Source of the DNA: Podarcis pityusensis
Taxonomy: Eukaryota
Length of the DNA: 64,000 nucleotides
Assembly (NCBI GenBank): GCA_964106645.2
Contig: OZ067044.1
Reading direction: 5' to 3' (one strand)
This document shows, in pieces, positions 1 through 12,661 of the stretch. Made by a program: the position numbers and the translations under genes. The notes below the pieces were generated by a model. That model was not told where the DNA came from. It searched no databases and saw only the letters and a program-made list of their open reading frames with translations. Each line of letters opens with the position of its first letter. Position 1 is the stretch's first letter.

Positions 1-74
1 TCTTGATTTAGGTTATTTGCTTCGTTTGTAATACAATTCTTGATTTAGATTACTTGCTGCATTTGTAATTCAGT
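1..74. repeat. 37-bp tandem repeat, 2 visible copies, may continue beyond the window edge
   Basis: tcttgatttaggttatttgcttcgtttgtaatacaat followed directly by tcttgatttagattacttgctgcatttgtaattcagt. Confidence 0.8.
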
Positions 75-1673
75 TGTTTTAGATGAGTCCAAAATATATA
101 ACTTCCAATAGTCAGGCAAGTCTTTTCTTTATTGTGCAGATTTGTTATGTTCTGATGTGCTTTTCCTTGTATTCAAAAACAATGGTCTGGGGTTTATGTT
201 CAGAGGGTGCTTTGAAAATTATTCCCACATATATAAAAGGAAATGGCTATTACGGTTGTGAATATGATACAGGAAATGCTGTGAAAGACTATACTCTCCA
301 GTTAAGAGGTTTTGTAAACCTAATATCAAAGGGACAGTGGCTTTTCAGTTGTGATAGCATGTTATGTAATTATCATTGGTTATTCATTTTTGCTCATTTA
401 GGTGTTGAGCAGTTTCTTCTCTCTGTCACCTAATAGCATTTTTCTGTCTTCTCCACGCAGAGGACCTGCTACTTGCTTGTTCTTCCTCTTCCTTCAAACA
501 TAGCAGAATAAACTACTTCTTCTACCTCTCCTACAAGCCTGAGCTCGTTCTGAGCTTTGGCTCACCTGACCTTCTCCTTGACTTTCATCTAGAAATCTAC
601 CTCAGTTGGTCAGGTGCTGACATGATGACATAATGCATCATCTGCTCTGGCATTAAAGTCCAAATGGAGATCTATATAGATATAGATATTGGTATCTTCC
701 AGGTTTCTGCTCTAATGTCTACCTGCTATCTAGAAGAATTAATGGGATTCTTGCTCCACCTGTAATGGTCTGTGAAGCCCTCAGTTCCTCCAAGCATTAA
801 CCTTGCCTGGGGATTTTCCATCCTATTAAAATAACTTCACAATTAACAGCCAGGACATAGCCAGTTGGTAGCAGATGCTCCAATGGCCCTGTCTGTATTT
901 CTCTCATATATATGCTGGGTTTGGATTAATCATGAGCTTGCTTGTGAAAAAATTAAAAGGCTGACCTCTTCATCGAGGATCATCAAAAAGTAATCACAGC
1001 AGTTTACTGCTTCCTTCTTCCTATGTATAATAATTGCCCGATGGAAGGAATTTAATTTTCAGAAATTAAGGTCATCTGAAGTCATCTGTTTTATTTAATA
1101 GAATTTAGTAAAAAGAATAATTGAGTTTATGTCAGATAGCAGTGAATATCAGGGGAAGTCACTTACTGGCTTTAGCATATGCCATGTTCCTTGTGGCATT
1201 ACTAAAGAGGTGGGAGTTGTGGAGCCATCTCAGCTACTATTACATAACCCATTAATTTAAACTGTTTCTGTGGTGCGGTTGCACGTTCATCCTGAATGCA
1301 TCTAGCACATGAGTTGAAAGGTTTGTATTAAGTTTATATTAAAAATGAAGGTTGGAAACTAGTCCAAAGTGCATTGTTTTTGATCTCACAGGCTTCATAG
1401 CCATCCACTCTCATTAGGGGAACATAAATTGACACTACCCTAAACAAACAGTGAATTGAAAGATTTGGCCACTTGGCAAAACCAGGTACCTAACTATTTT
1501 CTTTTGCTTTGAGGCTGTGAAATCCTTCGATAACAGGAATACCCTTCCCCTCTTGTTTCAAATGCATTCTCTTCCTTGGCCATTCCCATCAAAGGGAAGA
1601 TGTATGAAGGAGGTTCAAATTTCTTCTGTGCTTCTCAGCCTTTCAGCCCAGTGTTCTTGACAAAGCTTATTTT

Positions 1674-2165
1674 TGTGCTCACCTCAATCTTCAAGACCAG
1701 AGTTTCCAGCATCTATGCAGGATGCTGTTTCTTTGGAATGAAGGTCAATTGAAACTGCAGTGTCTTTCAGATATATAATTTTATTTACACATATATACAA
1801 CCTGAGCTTGGGTTGGAAGGGCTTGCAACATTAACACTCCAACGGGTCTTTCTCCCCGTTAGGTTTCTAAGGAAGTTCACTGCCCCAAAGCGATTCAACC
1901 CGCTGTGTCTCCTTTCAGTATCATGCAGAATTCACCCACAGACAGCCCCATCCCTGGCCTATGGTTCTCCTCCCTAGGAGAATGTGGTATCCAGGCGGGT
2001 GAGGTCGGAAAAGGCCCACCTTCCTCTTCCTGGAGAGCACCATCACTTAGTTGTTGCTATGGCAACCTGGCCCAGTCTTTAAGTCAAGTAAATATAGTGT
2101 TTACTTTAGCTGTATGTCTAAGGCCTTCTACTAGCAGCTTCTTCTACTAGATCCTAAACCTCACA
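1674..2165 (-). mobile_element. Solo LTR-like element related to 43330-43901 (left boundary approximate)
   Basis: Shares tgtcttt..gatatat..tatttacac..atatacaacctgagc with the 43.3-kb element. tgt...aca ends, minus-strand AATAAA at 1780-1785, no clear TSD. Confidence 0.55.
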
Positions 2166-2983
2166 GGCCTGGAAGGGACTCACAGATGTCATCCATTCCT
2201 ATGACAATACGATGGTTAAATGGGAAGATATTGAAGAGTAAGTTGTGTTCTTGTAATACCCTTTTCTTATTCTCACTTCTTTTGTCTTACACTTTAGCTC
2301 TCTTTGCATTTTTCACATTCACACAGTACAGAAGAGACATGGCCGAAGGCATTCTCCATACCTGTGGCACATTCGGCCTTTGGGCCAGCCTGCAAAGTCA
2401 CTTGGCCAACATCCGAAAAGCCAGGCCATTCCCTGACACACCCAGCTAAGGCAATATGGAAAGAAGCCCCTTTGTCCCCCACCCCAAACTGATGAGGAAA
2501 CGAGCAGCTACACCTTGCTTTTTATTATTTCATTCTATTCAATTATTCTACATTTAATAAATTAATATAGATATCCCTTCAAATAGAGGACTGCTGCAAA
2601 GCAGGGCTCATGGTCACCCTGTCACTAAGGTCCTGTCCAGTATTCATACAACCAACGGTGTACAATGTGCCTTAATTTTATTTTTAAAATTAAAATACTT
2701 TAATTTTAGTTGGTGGTCAACATTTTGGCAATCTCGTTTCTAGAGTATTTTGTGCCTGAAGCAGGCAATCTTCTAACCTGCAATGACCCTCTCTAAGAAC
2801 TCTTACACTGTTCTCTTTCTCTCTGCTCCATTTTGGCGTCAGAGTGTATGGAATGAAATAGCCCAGGAAATGGAGCAAATAAAACACATGGGTGGCAGGG
2901 AAGCAGAAACATGGAGGCAAGCCCTGCTTCTGCCCTGGGGGTGCTCATTGGCTCCGGTGTGCATCGAACTTGTACATCTACAG

Positions 2984-3118
2984 CAGGCATAGGCAAACTT
3001 GGCCCTCCAAATGTTTTGGGACTACAACTCCCATCATCCCTAGCTAACAGGGCCAGTGGTCAGGGATGATGGGAGTTGTAGTCCCAGACATCTGAAGGGC
3101 CTAGTTTGCCTATGCCTG
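2984..3118. mobile_element. hAT-type MITE
   Basis: TIRs caggcataggcaaact / agtttgcctatgcctg, perfect 8-bp TSD atctacag, internal palindrome actacaactcccatcatccct...agggatgatgggagttgtagt. Confidence 0.92.
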
Positions 3119-4118
3119 ATCTACAGGCTCTGTTCAGAGGAGCAAAAAATGTGGGTGATAGATGTGGGACGTGGGACCAGACACACTGCCTACCAGAAGC
3201 CCTGCATTCTGTGTACACCTTTGGTCAAGGGAAAAGGGCTGTTGTCTCTCCATTCTGTGCGGTATTTTGATCTTTTTTTCTTTTTTTTTTGGTCTCATAC
3301 AGTATAGGAAACGAGATAGAGAGCACCAGACACAAAATAGTCTAGAAACAGCTCTGCCAAAACCTTGGTTTCCAACTGAAATTAATGCACTAGATTTCAG
3401 AATTGTTCTTTAAAATAAAGGCAATAATTTGTTTCCAGCTGGTACAATTGTTAAATAAAATGCTTGCGGTGCCTCTAGAAACAATATTCCCCTTCCCCTT
3501 GCAACAAAGATAATTTATTCTGTCACTAGTAAATCTATCCAAAAATGTTGTAATTTTAAAAGTATAAGATTTTCAGTGACAGTAATTTGCCATATGGAAG
3601 AATAATAGTAGGATTTTTTTCTTTAAAAAAACCCACACTAGCATGTGCGCAAATTGCAAAAAGAAAATGGTAATAGAAGGCTAATGCATTTTGCTGTTGC
3701 TGAAATGATTCATCAGATGTTTTTGTATTTTAAAATGCCAGCAGCTTGTCTCTCTTCTTGTTTGCATTGAACTTCCACAATTGCTAGGTGTTAGTCTTTG
3801 CACCTCCCAACTTTGAAGTACTGAAGGGGAAAAAGCAGCCTCAATACTTCAAGGGCTGAAAATAATATGTCCTGGAGATGCAGTTAATTATGTGTCTAAT
3901 GATCTATATGTTAAATCATGTGTTTATCAAGAGCATTAAAAGGAGAGGCAATAGCTGCTCCTGAAGAGTTATTAATGATGTGTTATTGGCTTTTTAAAAA
4001 TGTGGTTATTTCCACGTTGTTCTGATTTATTCTTCATCTTTTTCTTAAAAAAACAAACGGAAAAACACGCTCCCAAAGGCTTAATAATTAAAATAAATGG
4101 ATTTATTTCCTTTCACTC

Positions 4119-4560
4119 TGTAAATGACTAACATAAAAATCCTAAGTGGGGTTTGCTAGTCTGGGTTCAGGCCTAGGTTTCGGGACTGAGTCAGCCATGG
4201 TCACCTCAATGGATGACAGGGAGGACAGGGAGAGTACAACAGATCAGTCTCTCAGTGGCTTCTGGACTGACTCTGTGGTATGGGTATTGGTGGTACTAGA
4301 TTTTCTCATGCCAGAGATACTCCAAAAAAGAGGAAAGGTATGAGACAATTCAGATTGAGGGAGGGGGAAGTGTCAGAAGGCAGTGATTTGGAGGAGGACA
4401 GCAGAGAATTTATGGAGGTACGGGAAGCTTACTATCTACCGTACATTAAACAACCATCTGGGTGATTCCAAAGAAAGCTTTGGGGGTAAACGGAAGTGAA
4501 GTTTCATGTGAAAGAACTGTAAGCTTGGGGCTAGTACTGAGGAGAAGCTCCTGGACTGTG
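4119..4560 (+). mobile_element. Probable LTR fragment with purine-rich, acidic-reading segment
   Basis: Composition shifts to G/A-rich and resembles the elements at 28760-29198 and 33952-34232 in organisation. Boundaries and TSD not resolved. Confidence 0.3.
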
Positions 4561-4728
4561 TGATGCATGAAGAAATGTCCTGTCCCTTAATTCTAAGTTC
4601 ATGTTCAGCCTTCTTTCTAAGCTTTGGATGTTGGACTTCAGAGCTCTAGGAAACACCCACCTCAAAGTAGAGTCTACAACCTTGATGTTATTCATTCCCA
4701 AATGCCATTCCTGTTTCTATATGCTGTA

Positions 4729-4965
4729 CAGTGGTACCTCGGGTTACGTATGCTTCAGGTTACATACGCTTCAGGTTACAGACTCCGCTAACCCAGAAAT
4801 AGTACCTCGGGTTAAGATCTTTGCTTCAGGATGAGAACAGAAATCGTGCTCCGGCGGCGCAGCAGCAGCAGGAGGACCCATAAAGTGGTGCTTTAGGTTA
4901 AGAACAGTTTCAGGTTAAGAACAGACCTCCAGAACAAATTAAGTACTTAACCCGAGGTACCACTG
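4729..4965 (+). mobile_element. Tc1/mariner-type MITE, copy 1
   Basis: TIRs cagtggtacctcgggtta / taacccgaggtaccactg with TA TSD. Near-identical copies at 8420 and 13069. Confidence 0.92.
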
Positions 4966-5467
4966 TATACCAATATGCTCAGTAAGTATGCAAGTCCCCC
5001 CCCCCCCCATATTTGGTGGAAATTACCATTTTCCTCAGTCATTATCCCACCCCAGTTCAGAGATTTGTATACATTCTAACTTAAAAAAAAATTAATAATG
5101 CTGGAACAATATTATTTCATTTGACGGTTAAGCTAACATGTAGACATATGGCATAGCTGAGACTCCTGTGCTCTACCAGCACTACTAGCAGATTTAATTA
5201 TATGGACTGTTTCATTACAAACCTCTCAAAGCTGTCCACTCATACTGTTCCCAAGCCCTCACAGACCCTTAGCTCCGACACAGATGGCTTAAGAATCATT
5301 GGATGAGAATGAATGAAAGCATAATGTACCTGAACGATTTTTAAAAAAAGTTTATTTCTATAAAAATGTATGAAAGGTTTGTATCATAACTAACACATCC
5401 TATATAATCATGGCTTCAAAATACATCCTCTCAAACAAGCTAACCTGTGCTTGATTTTGTACCATAA

Positions 5468-5826
5468 GGGACGCGGGTGGTGCTGTGGTCTAAACTTGCT
5501 GATTGGAAGGTTGGCAGTTCGAATTCCTGCGTTGGAGTGAGCTCCCATCGCTCTGTCCCAGCTCCTGCCAATCTAGCCGTTCAAAAGCACACCAGTACAA
5601 GTAGATAAATAGGTACCTCTGCGGTGGGAAGGTAAATGGTGTTTCTGTGCGCTCTGGTTTCCGTCACAGTGTTCTGTTGCACCAGAAGTGGTTTAGTCAT
5701 TTTGGCCACATGACCCGGAAAGCTGTCTGTGGACAAACACCGGCTCCCTAGGCTTGAAAGCAGAGATGAGCATTGCATCCCATAGTTGCCTTTGATTGGA
5801 CTTAACCGTCCAGGGGTCCTTTGCCT
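5468..5826 (+). mobile_element. Sauria SINE
   Basis: 5' gggacgcgggtggtgctgtgg, B-box-like gttcgaattcc, body ccacatgacccggaa, 3' caggggtcctttgcc. Homologous to the copy at 22782-23131. Confidence 0.9.
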
Positions 5827-8179
5827 ACTCCCCCCGACTTTGTATCATTTACCCTTGCCTCTGTCCTCCTGTCCCCTCATTCCCTGTCAAAATTTAGATT
5901 GCAAGGTCCTTGTGGGCAGACTCCTGCCTTCAACTTAGGTTACTTTGTAAATCTCTGCATACGTTGTCCATGTTATATAAGTAATAAATGGTTGCATCAC
6001 TGCTGTGCAAAATGTAGCATATAACTTGGGGGCCCTCCTATACTGAACCACACTGTGAAGAATATTTCCTATGGCCCTGTTTGATGTCTGTCTCCTACCA
6101 AAGGTCCATACCACCCGTTGCTTGCAAAAACAGCAAATAAATCAACCATTGCAATGTAGCAAATTTCATATGACAAGCAACTCTGCCTGGTGACTTTTCT
6201 CCCGTCTCCCACAGTCAGCAGTGATTATTCTTGGCATGGATTTTTGAGTAACAATGCTGAGACTCAGACACACAAGCACTGGAAAGTCCCTAAATTCCAG
6301 GAGCTAAGATTAACCACTTAAAAAAACACACACACACAACTCACACTTCTCTCGGTTCTCACCCACTCAACAGCCTTAGGACTGCATGAAGCAGCCGCCC
6401 AGAGTCAATTTTAAGGAAGTGGAGAGAGCAAACTCACGTGAGCACGGGCAGAGAGACACCTCTCTGAACTTGCTCTAAGATGCAGATCTGCAAGTTTTCA
6501 CTTCACCACGCAAGACTATTTGAAGCAAGTCATACTCGGTGCACTGAGCTGCAACCTTAAGGAATTTCACTTCTTTTTAAAGCATGCCTATTATAGGCAG
6601 CACATTTCATTTGGGTGTGTACTCAGTGATTTCTTTTCTTTTTTTAAGGGGAACATTTATTGAACACATACTCATAAGGGATATCATTATGCCGTTATGC
6701 CTTTGTCTGCAAACATATGTCAAACTTCAAATACATGATAGGGCTGAGTACATTTAATGATATGATGGATCGATTCGTTTCTTACTCATAGATTCAAAAC
6801 GTAGATTTTTTTGTTGCATTTAATTAGCTTTGATCCCTAGAGGTATTCCCCCCCCCCTTTTTTTTGTGTCCTTCAGACTACTCAGAATGAAAAGCCATCT
6901 AAGGCTGCATGCTTTGGCACTGGTGCTATGCTTGAGAATTATTTCCTCATTGGCATGTTCTGGGATAACCCACTGGAGAGAAAACACTTTGTGAATATCC
7001 AGTTTCTCTCCCCACCCCTTATGCAGTATTACTCTCTGTTTTTAAAAATTGTAGATGGCAGTATCATAGAACTTCAATTGCCTAGCTGAAGAGGAATGAT
7101 TGAGTACTGTATTTCATTTAAAAATTACCTATACACCATTTGCCTGAAATCCATTTCTCTGATTTTGCTGAATATTCAGGGTAGCCCATGCAACGTGGGG
7201 TGAAATTGTTCAACCCTTCAAAATGCTAGGAAACGTTGTCCTCCCTCTGTTTTGTCTTGGTGATGTTGCCCTCACTCTGATTTATCTTGGTGACCCAATA
7301 GCTTACAGCAACAATTAGGCTCTTTTTCCCCCAAACCTCCACTTTCATCTCATGCATTTTCATGAAAATTTGGTGCCCCCCTTGTAAATTGTGACCAGTT
7401 TCTAACCGGCAAAGAAACTGCCAGTAAATGCCACATGAGGGCAATCTTCCTACAAGTGCCTTTAAAAAAATGATTTTTGTGCAGGTGCCCCTGCTTCATC
7501 TGAAACTGCATGTATCTCACGGAGCAAGATTCTTGCTACCAGAAAGCCGTGAATTATTCAATTAGAAGTATATTCAATATTCTTCTATTATAGAATGTTT
7601 GCTCATTAATGCAAAAGAGAAAGAAGTTCTTTTTTGTTAAAAGTTGCGTTTTTCTTTTTGAAAGAGCGACAAAAAATAAAAGAAATAAAATATAATAAAT
7701 AAATATAAGTCCTTGATTCCCTCAATGTCTTTGCCATCTTTCTTATTCTGTCTTCCTACTTCTATTGCTGTACAGCTTGTTCATTACAGAGAACCTTGAA
7801 TTTGCAGAATGCTTTACAGCCTTTGCTATATTTCTCTTCCTGTGCTGTAGATGGCAGGACCTGGTTTGCAGCTTTGTTTTCCATTAGGCGTTCAGTGCTG
7901 TGCTGAACAGCTGATTATCGAATGGCAGCTTCATATTAACTTGGGCTTGTGGAGCTGCATTGCAAACCCATATATCACAGCAGCAGCTTCACTTGCTACT
8001 CCAAGAGCTGATGTCGGGGAGCGGGGGTCCTCAACAGTGACAAATATTTGGTTTACTTTTGTGGCTTGTTTCTTAACAAAAAGAGGACACCAGGCAGGAT
8101 TTTGAACACACGGCCCACATCATTTAAAATCTCACTTTTGTATAATCATGAGCTTCACCTTCCTCCTTTTTATGGGGCT

Positions 8180-8287
8180 ATAGGAAGCTGCCTTATACTG
8201 AATCAGATTGCTGGTCCATCAAACCCAGTGTTGCATGCACCAACTGGCAGCAGCTCTCCAGGATTTCCACCACTGAGCTATGGCCCC
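8180..8287 (-). mobile_element. Internally deleted tRNA-derived (Squam3-like) SINE
   Basis: Reverse complement of the ends of the 17215-17401 element (ggggccatagctcagtgg ... gatggacc...cagtataaggcagcttcctat). Confidence 0.65.
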
Positions 8288-8419
8288 TAATCCTTATCCT
8301 TCACCGAGTGAACCATGGGAAATATTCTCAGTATATTTATTTATTTAACAAAATGTATATGCTGCTTAATAGAACAAAAGACCTTTAACCAGTTTGCAAT
8401 AAACATTCTAAAATATTTA

Positions 8420-8661
8420 CAGTGGTACTTCGGGTTACATACGCTTCAGGTTACATACGCTTCAGGTTACTGACTCCACTAACCCAGAAATAGTACCTCA
8501 GGTTAAGAACTTTGCTTCAGGATGAGAACAGGAATTGTGCTCCGGCGGAGCGGCAGCAGCAGGAGGCCCCATTAGCTAAAGTGGTGCTTCAGGTTAAGAA
8601 CAGTTTCAGGTTAAGAACGGACCTCTGAAACGAATTAAGTACTTAACCCGAGGTACCACTG
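8420..8661 (+). mobile_element. Tc1/mariner-type MITE, copy 2
   Basis: Same TIRs and body as 4729-4965, TA TSD. Confidence 0.92.
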
Positions 8662-8950
8662 TATTATTATTTTTTAAATTTAAAACTTAAGCACAAGTTA
8701 GATTTCTTTTTAAAAAGCTATAAAATAAAAACAGTAATTTTTAAGATCACATGTCAAAGTTATTTGCTAAAATTGCATGCCTAGTTAGGCCTGCTGGAAG
8801 GAAAAGGACTTTAGCGGGAATTGAAAACAATACAGTTCCAAAGTGCAGGGGCTGCCATGCCATGCTAACGAATGGGTTTATTGCAAGTGTGGAACAAACA
8901 TTATGTGGCATTGTAAAGATGCCAGTTCTGCCGATCTAGGCAGTTGAGTA

Positions 8951-9086
8951 GGGCTGATTGCGCAATGGGTTAACCAGAAGGTTGGTGGTTCAAGCCCACC
9001 CAGGAACGGCTGTGGGCAGGTTTCCTGAATTGCTGGGGTTTGGACTTGGGGGTCCCTCCCAACTCTACAATTTTATGATTCTGTGA
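8951..9086 (+). mobile_element. tRNA-derived SINE with CR1-type 3' tail
   Basis: B-box ggttcaagccc, and 3' gtccctcccaactctacaattttatgattctgtga resembling the CR1 3' end. Confidence 0.65.
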
Positions 9087-10909
9087 GTGGGCACTTATGG
9101 GGTGAGGTGGTCCTTCAACCAAAGCAGTTGAGGCCTTTATATCCCAACAGCAGCACCTTGGATTTTCCCAGTAACAAATCAACAGCCAGTGCAGATCTCG
9201 TGAGAGCAAGATGACAGCAACTCTGAAGGGATAAACGTCTAAAGGTCAAACTGGGAGCAGACACCTGTATGCTAGAACCACATAGTTGCCTTCTGCATGT
9301 AGGGCAGATCCTGTTCTACCAGCAAGCTGCAACTCTTCCCCCAGAAAACAAATGACCCACAGCCATTGAGATAAAACCCAATGCTCTGCCCATCACTTTC
9401 CCAAGTCTGCCATTCTCTGTGCTGGAGGAAATCATATGGCTTAAACGCTGCACCTTCCTCCTCCAAATTCTGCATATGTAACTGGGCACTGGAGGCCTCC
9501 AAAGGTCCAAGGTGATTCTCTCATTTTGCCATTGAGTCCCTCGGGCCTTAAGGCCCGTCCTCCATTTTGCCACTCGTTGCTAAGCAAAAAGCCGAGTGAC
9601 TTATTTAGTCGAAGCTGCTGAAAACCTTTGGTTGAATAGCTCAGTGCTCTGAAAACCAATTAAGGAAGGCCAGGAATTCTGCATATTGTTAGGAAGGGCA
9701 CAGATGACTGACTTACTGGGAGAAAAACAAAAGCAGAAAGCTACCAGAATAGCACAAATATATTCATTACAGTCTTTTAAAGGCACCTTTTCTACATGTG
9801 TCTCCCCTGCCCCCCCCCCCTTGTCAGTGACCAAAAAGCTCTTGGGCTGAAAAGTTTGCTTATAAGCTGCTTCCTGAACAAGCCCTCCTTAATTACTTTA
9901 AAGCCTCTGCAGTTCAAATACTTGGAAAGTTCTTTCTAACAACCACAGCAGCATGAGCAGAACAGTCAGGGTGGTCTCCTTGCTTGAAAGGCCTTTGAAA
10001 ATTCACAGCCTGCAGTCATCTTGACATGTCAACGTCCACAGATTCAGAAAGAGGGAGAATAGCAGCATTTCAAAAGGTCTGCTAAATGCATTCCACACAC
10101 ACACTCATTACCCTCACAGCTCCATAGACAGAGTCAGATTATGATCCCTGTCAAAAAAAATATATGATTTTTTTAAAGCCACATGTATTTTACTCTGCGC
10201 AACTTGTTGGGGGGTGGGCGAGGAATGGCTTCCACATTTAAAAGACTGTTGCAAGGAAGTACAACATGGGGGGAAATAAGGAAATAAACCAGGTTGCTCC
10301 TGAGTACTTATCCATGCGACTTACAGAAAAGTGAACCTTTTTGGCAGTCGAGAGTCAGGAATGTGATCCTGAGTGAAAGCAGCTGGGTATGCCATTGATC
10401 TATAACTAGGCTGAAAATAAAGATTAGTTTCTAGATGTTCCTTTCTGGAAAATTTAAATTTCATTCTCATGTAACAATTTATAATAATTAGAAAGAAGGC
10501 CACAGTGAAATTTTGCCTCCCTGTCCCCCAAGTTTCCTGCAGAATTCTGCTGAACTGTAACATCCAAGGAATATAATGGATTACAGCAGCAAAAAGGTGG
10601 TCTGTAAATTTTAAAAATTTACTAGCCTTCTAAGCCAGCTAGCATGGAAACTTCACATGCTATCCTCTTAGTAGGTTTGTTTGTTTTTTGTTTTGTTTTG
10701 TTTTGTTTTAAAAGGGCTTCCAACAGATAGGTTGGTAGAGAAGAAGGACAGCCAGCATGGAAACCTAGCAGCAGAGAAGCGATGGAGAAGTTAACCCTTT
10801 CTCCACTAGCTCATTCACTCACCTGCACCAGGTGAGACGTCGAATGCAAGGACAAATAGCTCCCCTTCCCAATCAGTCATATGCACAGGAGCTGCTGTAT
10901 GTCACTTCC

Positions 10910-11145
10910 CCGTGGTGTGCTCCCACAAAGCTGTGTTATAGCTGCAAGTCAGGCCAATTACATGGGAATTTCCCACCTGATTGCTCCCTATAAAGAAGGA
11001 CAACAACTTGGTGGGGAAGATCCTTGTGATCGTCACTGAATACACACACATATTTGGGGTCTCTTTCTTGGTTCCTCCACCACTTGAAGTTAGAGGGGTG
11101 ATGATTGGAGGCAGGCTCTTTTCCGTTGTAGCTCCCTGTTTGTTT
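10910..11145 (+). mobile_element. L2 3' segment in opposite orientation to the adjacent L2 body
   Basis: ggttcctccaccacttgaagttagagggg...ggctcttttccgttgtagctccc resembles squamate L2 3' sequence. Confidence 0.45.
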
Positions 11146-12130
11146 ATCATCACCATTCAAATCTTGCTGCCCCTGTTTTTGGGACCAACTCAAGTTTCCA
11201 GGCTGCTTTCAAACACAGTTCCATATATAACACATTGCAGAAATCCAGACAAGATTTCTTAGTGCCACCTATGTGGGGCCCTGAGTGCCCAGGCACCCAC
11301 AAATTGTAAATGAAGGGGCCAGCCCCCCCAGTTCCACTCGGTACCCCATAGGGGGCACTATGTCAGCATGGCCCTGCAATGTGCAAGTGCCAACAACATG
11401 CCACAGACATGCCAACATCATTCGCGCATGCCGCAGTGACATCAGCACACCCCGGGCACCCAGTGTTTGGTACCAAGGTGGCTTGCCTGTTACCAGAGCA
11501 TGATTAACTGTTGCTAAGTCCAGATAAACTGATGTGCCATCTATGTCCATAAGCTGATAAAAAGCCCTGTGAGATATTGAGGCCACTTGTACTTCCAACG
11601 ACAGTGCTGGATCCAAGAACGCCTCCAAAGTACAGGCCTGTGCCCTCCACAACAGGCTGAACAACACTCAGCTGGGCAGAAGGACCACACATTAAACAGT
11701 TATCTCAGTCTTATCTAGATGGAGTTTCATCCTGTGGATTCCTGCAGCTGGACCCTCAGCTTTATCTGGATTTGATGAAAAGCAGATAAAGGGATCATCC
11801 ACATATCAGTGATACCTTCAGTCCACAACTCTAGATAGCCTCCCTGAGCGATTTCATGCATTCTGGAATCAGCAATAGAAATAAGGATTGGGACACTTTC
11901 AAACACCCATCCCCAACAACTATCCAGAAGGATACCACCGCCAATGATGCCAAAAGCTGCTGTGAGAGGGAATCAAGGGAGTCACACACTCCTCCTGTCT
12001 CTGTCTCAGCAGAGGTCATTCTTAGAGGATGTTCAAAGCAGTTTCTGTTCCAAAAGTGAAATGGATGTAGAGAACTTGTTTCATCCAAGAGCAACTGGAG
12101 CCCAGCAATGCAGCACCTGATGCCAACTGT
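11146..12130 (-). mobile_element. Degraded L2 LINE reverse-transcriptase region
   Basis: Minus-strand frames give LDET..LHPF, GTETAL, YVDD (YADD motif), MKLHLDKTE, LSLEVQVASISHRAFYQL, DLATVNHALVT and, after an insertion, SCLDFCNVLYM...KLELV. These are L2 ORF2 motifs broken by frameshifts. Confidence 0.85.
11258..11489. mobile_element. Short non-autonomous DNA element inserted in the L2
   Basis: Interrupts the L2 between ALVT and SCLDFC. Inverted gccacct / aggtggc near the ends, GC-rich. Confidence 0.55.
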
Positions 12131-12661
12131 ATTGACTTTTCAGCACCAGGGAAAGATATTTTTAATTGTACTGCCATTCCAGCATAGACTATGAGTGGCC
12201 TGATTTAATAGAGTTTTACCCACTCTGCTGAGTCCTCCCTCCCACCCCAAATTGCTATGCTGCTGTTTGGCTTTGTGTTCACCTTTGCTGTGATTTTGTC
12301 TGCTGTGCTGGTAGTTTTGCTGAAGGGGGTGACCTAAACATCTGTTACGGAAATGGAGTTGCACCATGAGGGAAGTACATGAGCCTATGCCTGGGGCTGT
12401 TCCCCCAACCAAGTTGTGTTTGGGCTGCACCCACATGTAGGTAGGATCAGAAAAGAAAATTGCAACAGAAGCGGTTAGCTGCTCAGGAGAGAGAACAACT
12501 CCTATTTCCCCAAAACAGCTGCTCAGTGGTATTGCCAATGATCTGACCTGGGTCATGAGCCTGCCTCTACTGCTGCTAGAATTATCTCTTGATGCTGGAG
12601 AAGGAGATCTGGGAGGACACCTGGGGGTAGGACCATCTGGGCTAAAAGGCAGAGTCTAGAG

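Larger units (their letters stand above)
8335..9210 (-). mobile_element. Degraded L2 LINE 3' end carrying two nested insertions
   Basis: (ttta)n tail at 8335 and L2 3' motifs (cagcaccttggat..., cagccagtgcag) on the minus strand, interrupted by a mariner MITE and a SINE. Confidence 0.6.

Noticed and set aside
440-470. Strong-looking splice acceptor (ttttctgtcttctccacgcag) on the plus strand
   Set aside because: No downstream coding exon or matching donor, so it cannot be supported without RNA data.
10902-12556. Cluster of overlapping ORFs that first suggested an endogenous viral element
   Set aside because: Frame-by-frame reading gives L2 reverse-transcriptase motifs plus a MITE insertion. 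I recognised no viral motif.
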